Shown here: positions 34,763 to 42,840 of the stretch, piece by piece
Position numbering within the stretch: the first letter of the stretch is position 1
Layout: every line of letters starts with the position of its first letter
NCBI GenBank assembly: GCA_902776605.1
Contig: CACYQQ010000002.1
Span: 1 to 53,636 of the forward strand
Origin: an uncultured Bacteroidales bacterium
Lineage (GTDB): Bacteria > Bacteroidota > Bacteroidia > Bacteroidales > UBA3663
DNA length: 53,636 bases
Direction: 5' to 3'
Translations under genes and position numbers: made by a program
The notes under the pieces: model-generated
Seen by the model: the letters and a program-made list of their open reading frames with translations, nothing else
The model's database searches: none
What the model was told of the DNA's origin: nothing

Positions 34763-34838
34763 CTTACAACCTCGCCAGCAAAGCAACCTTATAACCTCAG
34801 AACCTCACCAGCGAAGCGACCTTATAACCTTCCGACCT
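34763..34838 (+). repeat. AACCT-word stutter with the ACCTCACCAGCGAAGCGACCTTATAACCTT core
   Basis: Inverted match to 10533-10565. It abuts the stop of the gene at 34837..35898. Confidence 0.8.
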
Positions 34839-35898
34839 ACAATTTATACTTTTTCACCCGATCCGTGTGGATAGGGGTCTTCTCCAACTGCTGGTAGAGT
34901 TGCTGCCCCCAAGCATTGTGAATCTGGTAGTTGCCGAAACGGTCGAGCAGTACCATGGCGGGCAAGCGATCGACCTTCAGTTCCGTGGCCAACGGGTGAG
35001 CCAGACCCCCTTCCAGACAGGCGTGGTGACCCGGCAAACCCTTCACCGTACGGCGCCACGAGGCACTGTCGGTGGCATGCACACAGAGCGAGAAGAGCTC
35101 GATGCGGTGGAACTTCTTGCTGCGCGTGGGCGACTTCTCCTTCATGAAGGTCGAGGCAAAACCGTACAGACCGTAGTCACGCGCCACAGCGCGGAGCACC
35201 TGCAACGAGTCGATGGACGCCGAGTCCTGGTCCGACCAGAAGAGCAGCAGCAACGACTCCGGACGGCTGTTGGGCAACGTCAAAGTGGTGTCGGCGGTCT
35301 CCAGACGCACTTTGGGCAAACGCACCTTGCGCGACATCTGTTGCGACTGGCGGTCCAACAGTTCGTCGATGGACTGCATCAACCAGCGGGGTTTGGCCTC
35401 GGCAGGCAGACCACCCAGGCGGCGGCGCACCAGGAGGGAGTCATGTATCGACAATATCGAGTCGCGCAACTGAATCACCCGCAGCAAATCGGTGGTATCG
35501 GTCTTCTGCGACGAGGCAGTCACCCGTCCGTTGCGGTCAATATCGACCAACAACTGGGCACCGCTGGTACCATACAGACGCACGTCGTGACCATGTTGGT
35601 CGTAAAGGTAAAGCTCGTCGGCATCCATCGGCACATGACCCACGTAACTGAACTGCCCCTCCTCGACCTCGAGAGAGCGTACCTCGTAGGCGGGCAACGT
35701 GTCGCCATGCAGGGTGACGGTCTGCTCGTGGCGGTCAATGATGAGCGTCACAGTGCTGTCGGTGCTGGTGGAATCCTGCCACATCGTCCCCTTCAGGGTG
35801 TAGGGCACCCCTTGCGCCACACGCATTTCCGACTCCGCGCAGGAGCCTGCCAAACCAATGAATGTCAATAAAATCAGCGACGAACAAATGCTTTTCAT
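34837..35898 (-). CDS. Thioredoxin-fold (TlpA/AhpC-like) lipoprotein lacking the CxxC motif
   Basis: Start chosen at MKSICSSLILLTFIGLAGSC (35898). The C-terminal half resembles TlpA-like proteins (LLLLFWSDQDSAS ... DRLPAMVLLDRFGN), but the FW..C..C cysteines are replaced. Confidence 0.6.
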   Translation of the reverse strand: MKSICSSLILLTFIGLAGSCAESEMRVAQGVPYTLKGTMWQDSTSTDSTVTLIIDRHEQTVTLHGDTLPAYEVRSLEVEEGQFSYVGHVPMDADELYLYDQHGHDVRLYGTSGAQLLVDIDRNGRVTASSQKTDTTDLLRVIQLRDSILSIHDSLLVRRRLGGLPAEAKPRWLMQSIDELLDRQSQQMSRKVRLPKVRLETADTTLTLPNSRPESLLLLFWSDQDSASIDSLQVLRAVARDYGLYGFASTFMKEKSPTRSKKFHRIELFSLCVHATDSASWRRTVKGLPGHHACLEGGLAHPLATELKVDRLPAMVLLDRFGNYQIHNAWGQQLYQQLEKTPIHTDRVKKYKL

Positions 35899-35903
35899 GG
35901 GCA

Positions 35904-35911
35904 CAAAGGTA
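35904..35911 (-). promoter_or_regulatory. -7 box TACCTTTG only 5 nt upstream of the ATG (likely leaderless mRNA)
   Basis: Reverse complement of caaaggta at 35904-35911; ATG at 35898. Confidence 0.5.
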
Positions 35912-36057
35912 CTGCTTTTACGACAAAAAGCCAAACTTTTGGAAATACTTTTTAAAAGAAAGTTGAAAAATGAATGTTGTCTTATGCTAAGATCGCCGTA
36001 CCGCACTGTCGGACTTGCCTCCGTATCGCTTGGCCAACCTCACTCTCAAAGTGCCTT

Positions 36058-36153
36058 CTTTGAAAAGAACGAAAAAGAACCAAAAAAGAACGGAAAAAGA
36101 AAGCAAAAAGAAAGCAAAAAGAAAGCAAAAAGAAAGCAACTCCGTGACGACGT
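36058..36153 (+). repeat. Phased A-tract module, copy 2 (longest)
   Basis: CTTCTTTGAAAAGAACGAAAAAGAACCAAAAAAGAACGGAAAAAGAAAGCAAAAAGAAAGCAAAAAGAAAGCAAAAAGAAAGCAACTCCGTGACGACGT, with A5-6 tracts every ~11 bp. Confidence 0.85.
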
Positions 36154-36163
36154 AAGACGGTGG

Positions 36164-37063
36164 TCAATGGATAATTGACGATGGACACAGCGGGACAAGT
36201 TGCAAGGAGAACACCACATGCCAGCCGTTCAGGGGTTGGTCACAGAGGTCGAGCATGCCGCCCTGCTGTATCATCATGCGGCGACTGAGCGAGAGGCCAA
36301 TGCCGTGACCGGTGCGCTTGGTGGTGAAGAAGGGGACGAAAAGCGAGGCGCGGTCCTCGGCAGGGATGGGGCGACCGTCGTTGCCCACATAGAGTGTCAA
36401 GGTGGGACTCGGCAGGGGGTGAGCCGATGGCGCCACCCAACAGGCGATGGTGTGCGACTCGGCCTCCAACGCGTTCTTTATCAGGTTCATCAGCACCTGG
36501 CGCAGCATACCGGCATCGGCGCAGACGGTGGCATCGGCAGGCACCTGTACTTGCCACGCGAGGTCAGGATAAGCGCGACGGAGGTCGTCGAGGATGGAGA
36601 GGAGCGACACTTGGGCCAGGGTGGGTTTCTCCAGTTCCGACATCTTGCGGTAGTTCACTACGAAGTCACTGAGGTGACGGGAGGTGGTGCAGATGGCACG
36701 GATACCGTCTTCCAGAGGCGTGCCCTGCACGTCGGGACGGGGCAAGAGGGACTGGCTGATGCTCGAGATAGGGGCGGTGGCGTTCATCACCTCGTGGGTC
36801 AGGACACGGGTGAGCCGTTCCCACGACTCGACCTCCTTCTGCACCACCTGTTGGTGGATGGTCTCGCCCAACTGATTGAGGGTCTGCTGCATGGCGCGTT
36901 CGCCGAAGAACAATCCTCGGGTCGAAAGGTGAAAAGTGAAGTCGCGGTTGCGGATAGCCTCCTGCATGAGGTAGGCTCTCTCCTTCAGCCGGTACTGGTG
37001 GCGCACAAAGAGGAGGATGCCCAACACACAGACCACGGCAAGTGCAATGATGATCCAGGTCAT
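36164..37063 (-). CDS. Sensor histidine kinase (one N-terminal TM, HisKA, HATPase_c)
   Basis: H-box LTHEVMNATAPI, N-box LMNLIKNALEA, G-boxes GHGIGLSLSRRM. Its start overlaps the response-regulator stop in ATGA. Confidence 0.8.
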   Translation of the reverse strand: MTWIIIALAVVCVLGILLFVRHQYRLKERAYLMQEAIRNRDFTFHLSTRGLFFGERAMQQTLNQLGETIHQQVVQKEVESWERLTRVLTHEVMNATAPISSISQSLLPRPDVQGTPLEDGIRAICTTSRHLSDFVVNYRKMSELEKPTLAQVSLLSILDDLRRAYPDLAWQVQVPADATVCADAGMLRQVLMNLIKNALEAESHTIACWVAPSAHPLPSPTLTLYVGNDGRPIPAEDRASLFVPFFTTKRTGHGIGLSLSRRMMIQQGGMLDLCDQPLNGWHVVFSLQLVPLCPSSIIH

Positions 37064-37584
37064 AGGCGCTTCATCTTATTATATAGTGTCTGACGGGTGA
37101 TGCCCAGCAGTTCGGCGGCCTGGGTGAGGTTGCCGTGACAATGGTCCAGCGTGCGACGGATGTGCTCCCGCTCCATCTCGTCGAGGCTGACGATGTCGTC
37201 CTGCCGGTCGAGCACATCCTTCAACTTATGCACCAGTTCGTCGTTGTCCCAGGGCTTGGTGATGAAGTCGGCGGCACCGTTCTTGAGTCCCTTCACGGCG
37301 AGGTTGACGTCGGCATAGGCGGTAATCAGCACCACGGGGGTCTGCGGGTGGCGTTTCTTGATGTTTCGCAACCAGAGCAGACCATCGTTGCCGTTGTTCA
37401 CGCCCAGCGAGAAATTCATGTCGAGCAACACTAGGTGGACCTCCTGCTGCGACATCAGCTTCAGGATGTCGTCGGGGTTGGAGGTGGTGAGCACTTGTTG
37501 GAAAGTGGTGTCCAACAGATAACGCATGGCCGTCAGGATGGCCTCATTGTCGTCGACTATAAGTATCGTTCCGTAGTTTTTCAT
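37060..37584 (-). CDS. Response regulator with a REC domain plus Fis-type HTH and no sigma-54 AAA+ module
   Basis: Start at MKNYGTILIVDDNEAIL (37584). The REC domain ends ..ADFITKPWDNDELVHKL, then a short linker joins directly to SLDEMEREHIRRTLDHCHGNLTQAAELLGITRQTLYNKMKRL. 174 aa in total. Confidence 0.75.
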   Translation of the reverse strand: MKNYGTILIVDDNEAILTAMRYLLDTTFQQVLTTSNPDDILKLMSQQEVHLVLLDMNFSLGVNNGNDGLLWLRNIKKRHPQTPVVLITAYADVNLAVKGLKNGAADFITKPWDNDELVHKLKDVLDRQDDIVSLDEMEREHIRRTLDHCHGNLTQAAELLGITRQTLYNKMKRL

Positions 37585-37588
37585 GGTG

Positions 37589-37596
37589 CAAAGGTA
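37589..37596 (-). promoter_or_regulatory. -7 box TACCTTTG(CACC) 4 nt upstream of the response-regulator ATG (leaderless)
   Basis: Reverse complement of caaaggta. Confidence 0.5.
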
Positions 37597-37694
37597 AGGA
37601 ATAATTGTCAAATTCTCATACAAAGGGGTGTATAAAAATTAGACAATCAGCCGTTTGGCACTCCGAAATCCTTGCAGAGGTTAAAAATAGAGGC

Positions 37695-37702
37695 TACCTT
37701 TG
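37695..37702 (+). promoter_or_regulatory. -7 box TACCTTTG(CACC) for the efflux operon, divergent from the regulator promoter
   Basis: 25 nt upstream of the TolC ATG at 37728. Confidence 0.5.
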
Positions 37703-37727
37703 CACCACAATCAACAACACGCCACCT

Positions 37728-38908
37728 ATGAAAAGGATAACAACTATACTTCTGCTCACCACCGCGCTGAGCGCCCACGGCCAGTCGGCACTGACCCTGC
37801 AACAGTGCATGCAGTATGCCGTCGAGCACAACCACGAGGTGAAGCGCGTCGCCCTGGAGTTGGACAACTACGAAGCCAACCTCACGGAGGCGGCGGTCAG
37901 TTTCCTGCCGTCGGTCAACGCTTCGGTGTCGGGGCAATACAACTTCGGACGAACCATCGACCAGAAGACCAACGTCTATAACGATGTCAATACCTTCAAT
38001 AACAGCACCTCGCTCAACGCCTCGATGCCCCTCTTCGACGGATTCAACCGTTGGCACGCCCTCCGCGCTGCCAAGGCGGGCACCCTGATGGGACGGTTGG
38101 CATTGCGCCTACTACAAAAGTGGGACGAAAGAGCCCTACGGAACTGGCATTGGTCGAAGCGCAACTGGCCGAAGCGGACTACGAACTGACGCGGCAACAG
38201 AACCTCCACGCCTCGGCGCTGTTGGAACTCAAGAAGACGATGGCCTACCCGATGGAAGACAGTATCGCCCTGGCCGTCAATGTCTTGCCATCGGCCGAAG
38301 AGGCCTCTCTGAGCAGCCTGCCCGACATTGCTCAACATGCCAGCGTGCAGAGGGCCTATTACCAGATGCAGGCGAGCCGGCAACAATGGAAACAGTCGCG
38401 CGCCGGTCTCTACCCCACCATCAGTCTGAATGCCGGTCTGAACACGGGTTACTTCAAGACGCTGCACGTCGATGTTGATCCGACGTTCCATGCGCAATAC
38501 AAGAACAACCTGGGTAAGTACATCGGCGCCACGTTGAGCATCCCTTTGTTCAACAACTTACAGCAGGTGAGCCAAGTACGCCGCGCCCGGAACAACATGC
38601 AGATGGCGCAGGAACAATACGAACAGCAGCAACTGGAGTTGGAGAAACTGAGCCGCGAAGCCTGGCAGGACTGGCAGGGATATCGGCAACAGACCCTCCA
38701 GATGCAGAAAAAGAGTGAGGCGGACAGTCTGGCCTACAGCCTGACTCGCCGGCAGTTTGAAGAGGGTCTCTGCACCGCCATCGACCTGCACACCGTGCGT
38801 TCGCAATGGCTCAACTCGAAGGCGATGCTCCTGCAATGCCGACTCATGGTGATGGTGAAGCAACAATTAGTCAGATATTATAACGGTGAAACGATATGGA
38901 TAGAATAA
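37728..38908 (+). pseudogene. tolC: TolC-family outer-membrane efflux protein, frame-broken with an apparent internal deletion
   Basis: Frame 0 reads MKRITTILLLTTALSAHGQSALTLQQCMQYAVEHN ... LRAAKAGTLMG. The sequence then continues only in another frame: KVGRKSPTELALVEAQLAEADYELTRQQN ... to 38908. The span is 1181 nt (not a multiple of 3), or ~393 codons against ~440 typical. Confidence 0.75.
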
Positions 38909-40126
38909 TCGAAAAGAAAAAAGGTCTCTTCCAGAAGAAGAACCTCCCCTATATACTCATCGGCGCTGCCGCGTTGGCACTGACCAGCTGGCTGGTGTTC
39001 GGCAACCACGCTGCGACCTTCCGTGTGGATGGTGACGACTTGACTATCAGCGAAGTGAAGGGCGGTCTGTTCAAGGACTTCGTCCGCACCAGTGGTCAGG
39101 TCATGCCTATCCAAGTGGTACATATCGCTCCCGAGGAAGGCGGCATCGTCCAGGAAAAAGTGGTCGAGGAGGGCTCCATGGTCAAGCGCGGCGACGTCAT
39201 TGTCCGACTGAGCAACTCCAGTCTTGACCTCCAGATCCTGAATGCCGAAGCGGAGTTGGCCGAGAAGCAGAACCTACTGCGCAACACCTTGGTTACCATG
39301 CAGCAAGACCGTCTGAACAACCAAACGGAACTGGCGCAGTTGGACATCGACTCGCAACGGAAGAAACGCACCTACGAGCAGAACAAACGCCTCGTGGCAG
39401 AACATCTCATCAGTCAGGAGCAGTTCCTGCAATCGGAAGAGGACTACCAACTGGCTGCCCGCAAGCACTCGTTGGTCACGCAACGCCTCATTCAGGACAG
39501 CCTCTACCGCTCCACACAGTTGGCGCAAATGGAAGACAACCTGGCGAACATGCGCAAGAATGTTCTCCTGGTCCGCAAGCGCAAGCATCGACGGCGAACT
39601 GGGTCTGCTGGATGTCGAGATTGGTCAAAGCATCACCCCTGGCTGGAAGATTGGCCAACTGAACGACCTGTCGGACTATAAGGTCGAGGCCTCGATCGAT
39701 GAACATTACATCGACCGCGTCCGACCCGGACTGAAAGCTACCTTCGTGCGCAACGACCACAGCTACGAACTTCAGGTGCGCAAGGTCTATCCCGAGGTGC
39801 GTAATGGCAAGTTCCGCTGCGACTTCACCTTCTGTGACCTCCGCCCCGAGAACATCCGAACGGGTCAGACCTACTACATCGACCTCGAACTGGGTCAACC
39901 CGAACAGGCGGTCATGATACCGCGCGGCACCTTCTTCCAGACCACCGGCGGACAATGGATATTCGTCCTCGACAAGAGTGGCCAGAAAGCCTACCGTCGC
40001 GAAATCCGCATCGGCCGCCAGAACCAACACCACTACGAGGTCCTCTCGGGACTGGAACCCGGCGAACGTGTCGTCACCAGCGGCTACGAAGCCTTCAAGC
40101 AAGTGGAGGTGCTGGAGATAAAATAA
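38896..40126 (+). pseudogene. HlyD/MacA-type periplasmic adaptor subunit, frame-broken
   Basis: ORF 38896..39681 carries the TM, the lipoyl-like domain and the coiled coil up to NMRKNVLLVRKR. ORF 39560..40126 resumes at ASIDGELGLLDVEIGQSI in another frame. The span is 1231 nt (not a multiple of 3). The junction is at the CGCAAGCGCAAGC repeat, 39574-39586. Confidence 0.75.
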
Positions 40127-40160
40127 GGACTCTCCCCGACCCTCCCTATGAGGGAGGGAG
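40127..40160 (+). repeat. H element copy 3, starting at the first base after the adaptor TAA stop
   Basis: TAA|GGACTCTCCCCGACCCTCCCTATGAGGGAGGGAG. Confidence 0.85.
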
Positions 40161-40165
40161 GAAAA

Positions 40166-40243
40166 ATATAGTATCTATAATCTCTAGAATAACTAGAAGT
40201 TCTAGAAATCCTAGAGTATCTAGAATATCTAGTTCCTCTAGAC
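40166..40243. repeat. (T)CTAGAANN nonamer stutter
   Basis: atatagtatctataatctctagaataactagaagttctagaaatcctagagtatctagaatatctagttcctctaga. Confidence 0.8.
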
Positions 40244-40273
40244 CCCCCTAACAACTAAAACATAAATCACCCT

Positions 40274-42607
40274 ATGAACATCCTCAAAAACATCCTTTAC
40301 ATGGCAAAGCGGTTCAAGACCGCTACTGCCTTGAACCTTATCGGACTGATAGTAGGTTTCTCCGCCTGCTACCTGTTCTTGACGCAAGTGGTGTACAACC
40401 ACTCGTACAACACCTGCCTGAAGGATCACGACCGCCTCTACCGAGTGGAGGTAAATGGTTTCTTCACTTCAGGCGAATGGTTGGCCTATTCTCCTCGTTA
40501 TCTGGCCGACTGCCTGGAGAAGTTGCCTCAGGTGGAGAGCGCCTCGTTCATCATGCCTTGGGGTGGCAGCTGGGTCATGCGCAAGGGCGAGACCGAGATG
40601 GACTTCGAGGTCTTGGAAGCCACCAATAAGGGCATCTCTACCATGATTCCAGGTCTCCTGGACGGCACCTTGGAGTGGAGCGAAGAGGACAAGGAGGGTC
40701 TCCTCATCCCGGCCTCCATTGCCAAAACCTACTTCGGCGAAGTACAGGTTGCAGGTCGTTACATGAACCGCGGTCAGGACAGTCTGTTGGTGCGCGGTGT
40801 CTATCAAGACCTGCCCGAGAACTGTGTCATCAGCAATGTCATCTACCGCAACATTCTCGACAACCAGAAGGACCAACCCCATAACTTCAATGGCAACAGC
40901 TATGTCCGACTGAAACAAGGCGTTGATACCGTCGGCCTTGCCAACACTTTCCGGACTTACATCAACCACTCCCCGTTGCTTGAGCAGAGTGGAGACTCAT
41001 TGGAGTACCTCCGCCTGAATCCCGTCAAAGAGACGTGGTTCTCCAAGGCCGACTCCTTCAAGGACAAAGGCAATCAGGGCGTCGATTGGGTCTTGCAGTT
41101 GTCCTGCCTCCTGGTCCTGCTTATTGCCACCATCAACTTCCTGAACTTCACCTTGGCCGAGAGCCCCATGCGCATCAAGAGCATCAACACGCGCAAAGTG
41201 TTGGGCAGCAGCACCCTGTCGCTCCGACTCTCATTGGTGGGAGAGACCGTCCTGATTTCCGTCGTATCGTTCATCGCTTCGTTGGGCATCCTCTATCTGC
41301 TCTCCCAATGGCCCGAAATGCGGCAGTTGGTCAAAGGCAGCATCGCCCTCAGCGACCACCCCGTCCTGGTGACCGTCCTGGCACTGACCTCCATCGTCGT
41401 AGGCATCGTGGCTGGCACCTATCCTGCCCTCTATGTCACCTCCTTCCAACCTGCCCTGGTGCTGAAAGGTTCGTTCGGACTCACCCCCAAGGGTCGCCAA
41501 CTCCGCACCGGCCTGCTCTGTCTCCAGTTTGTCATCACCTCCATCATGGCGGTCTATCTCGGCATCCTGGAATTGCAAAGCGACTATATCTACAACTCGA
41601 AGTGCGGCTACGACAGGGAAGTTCTGATGAACTGTTGGAACAACGACCTCTACGAGAAACGTGATGCTCTCCGTAACGAACTCTTGCAACTGACGGGCAT
41701 CGAGGATGTCAGCTACTCCCAGTTCCCGATTGGAGTCAATGACCAATATATGTTCTGGTCGCGTGGAGACAAAGATCATGTCATTTCCTTCACGGTCTTC
41801 ATTGTCGATAATCACTATCTCAACACCTTAGGCATCAAGTTGACCGAGGGTCGCAACTTCAACGAGAACGAAGACAACACCTACATCATCAACGAGGCAG
41901 CCCGCCAGCAATGGGACTGGGTCGAGTTGGACAAACCACTGCTGGAAGGCCAACCCAAAGTCATCGGTGTCTGCGAAAACCCGCGTTTTGCCACCACCCG
42001 CATTGACAACAACTCCTCGCCCTTGGTCTTTGTCGTCTCCGATCCGAACTACCCTTGGTTCGTAGAACTTCGTAATGTTAATATCCGCGTGGCAGCGGGC
42101 ATCGACAAGATCCGTTTGCGCAAACAGATTCAAGAGGTCTTCATGCGAATGGGCGCACGTCACGAACCTGATGTCAAGTTCCAGGACCAGCAACTCGAAG
42201 AGGCCTACCAGGAGGAGTTCCTATTCATTCGTCAAGTCATCATCTTCTCTATCATCTGTCTGATTATCACCTTGATTGGCGTCTTCTGCCTGACGATGTT
42301 CGAGACCGAGTACCGCCGCAAGGAGATTGGCATCCGCAAAGTGATGGGCAGTTCGACCACCGAAATCCTGACCCTGCTCTGCCGCCGCTATGTCTGGTTG
42401 CTCCTGGGCAGTTTCGCCGTCGCTGCTCCCGTGGCGTGGCACTTGGGCAACGTCTGGCTCCAGAGTTTCGCCGAGCACACTCCCATCTACTGGTGGCTCT
42501 TCCCACTTGCTCTCTTCGTCGTCAGCTTGGTTACTCTCGCCACCATTATCATCCAGAGCTGGAGAGTGGCCAACGCGAACCCCGTGGAGAGTGTGAAGAG
42601 TGAGTAA
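40274..42607 (+). CDS. FtsX/MacB-type ABC transporter permease (777 aa, two FtsX modules)
   Basis: N-terminal TM plus a large periplasmic domain plus 3 TM, duplicated. The C-terminus ends ...ANANPVESVKSE, which is typical of the family. Confidence 0.8.
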   Translation: MNILKNILYMAKRFKTATALNLIGLIVGFSACYLFLTQVVYNHSYNTCLKDHDRLYRVEVNGFFTSGEWLAYSPRYLADCLEKLPQVESASFIMPWGGSWVMRKGETEMDFEVLEATNKGISTMIPGLLDGTLEWSEEDKEGLLIPASIAKTYFGEVQVAGRYMNRGQDSLLVRGVYQDLPENCVISNVIYRNILDNQKDQPHNFNGNSYVRLKQGVDTVGLANTFRTYINHSPLLEQSGDSLEYLRLNPVKETWFSKADSFKDKGNQGVDWVLQLSCLLVLLIATINFLNFTLAESPMRIKSINTRKVLGSSTLSLRLSLVGETVLISVVSFIASLGILYLLSQWPEMRQLVKGSIALSDHPVLVTVLALTSIVVGIVAGTYPALYVTSFQPALVLKGSFGLTPKGRQLRTGLLCLQFVITSIMAVYLGILELQSDYIYNSKCGYDREVLMNCWNNDLYEKRDALRNELLQLTGIEDVSYSQFPIGVNDQYMFWSRGDKDHVISFTVFIVDNHYLNTLGIKLTEGRNFNENEDNTYIINEAARQQWDWVELDKPLLEGQPKVIGVCENPRFATTRIDNNSSPLVFVVSDPNYPWFVELRNVNIRVAAGIDKIRLRKQIQEVFMRMGARHEPDVKFQDQQLEEAYQEEFLFIRQVIIFSIICLIITLIGVFCLTMFETEYRRKEIGIRKVMGSSTTEILTLLCRRYVWLLLGSFAVAAPVAWHLGNVWLQSFAEHTPIYWWLFPLALFVVSLVTLATIIIQSWRVANANPVESVKSE

Positions 42608-42641
42608 GGGACTCTCCCCGACCCTCCCTAATAGGGAGGGG
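42608..42641 (+). repeat. H element copy 4, starting at the first base after the permease TAA stop
   Basis: TAA|GGGACTCTCCCCGACCCTCCCTAATAGGGAGGGGG. Confidence 0.85.
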
Positions 42642-42651
42642 GTATTAAAAA

Positions 42652-42802
42652 TACTTAAAGCTATCACAACTTTCTATAATACTATAATTAAATAGTCTCT
42701 ATAGTCACTATCTCCCCTTAAAACTTAAAGCTATCACAACTTTCTATAATACTATAATTAATATAGTCTCTATAGTTTCTATAGTCACTATCTCCCCTTA
42801 AA
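42652..42802 (+). repeat. Tandem duplication (71 bp plus 80 bp) containing the CTATAGTNN stutter, followed by AACCT words up to 42832
   Basis: ACTTAAAGCTATCACAACTTTCTATAATACTATAATTAA(T)ATAGTCTCTATAGT..CACTATCTCCCCTTAAA occurs twice. The second unit has one extra CTATAGTTT word. Confidence 0.85.
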
Positions 42803-42840
42803 ACCTCATAACCTAACAACCTCAAAACCTATTTACAGCT

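Noticed and set aside
37976-38497. Intragenic inversion as the cause of the split TolC gene, with the same idea considered for comM and the adaptor.
   Set aside because: The opposite-strand ORF over the junction (37976..38497) encodes R/G/Q-rich nonsense rather than the missing TolC helices. No inverted repeats flank the junctions, and the missing residues are not encoded on either strand.
39560-39681. Programmed ribosomal frameshifting for the adaptor, TolC and comM breaks.
   Set aside because: There is no slippery heptamer or downstream pseudoknot at the junctions, conserved residues are actually missing, and these families are not known to use recoding.
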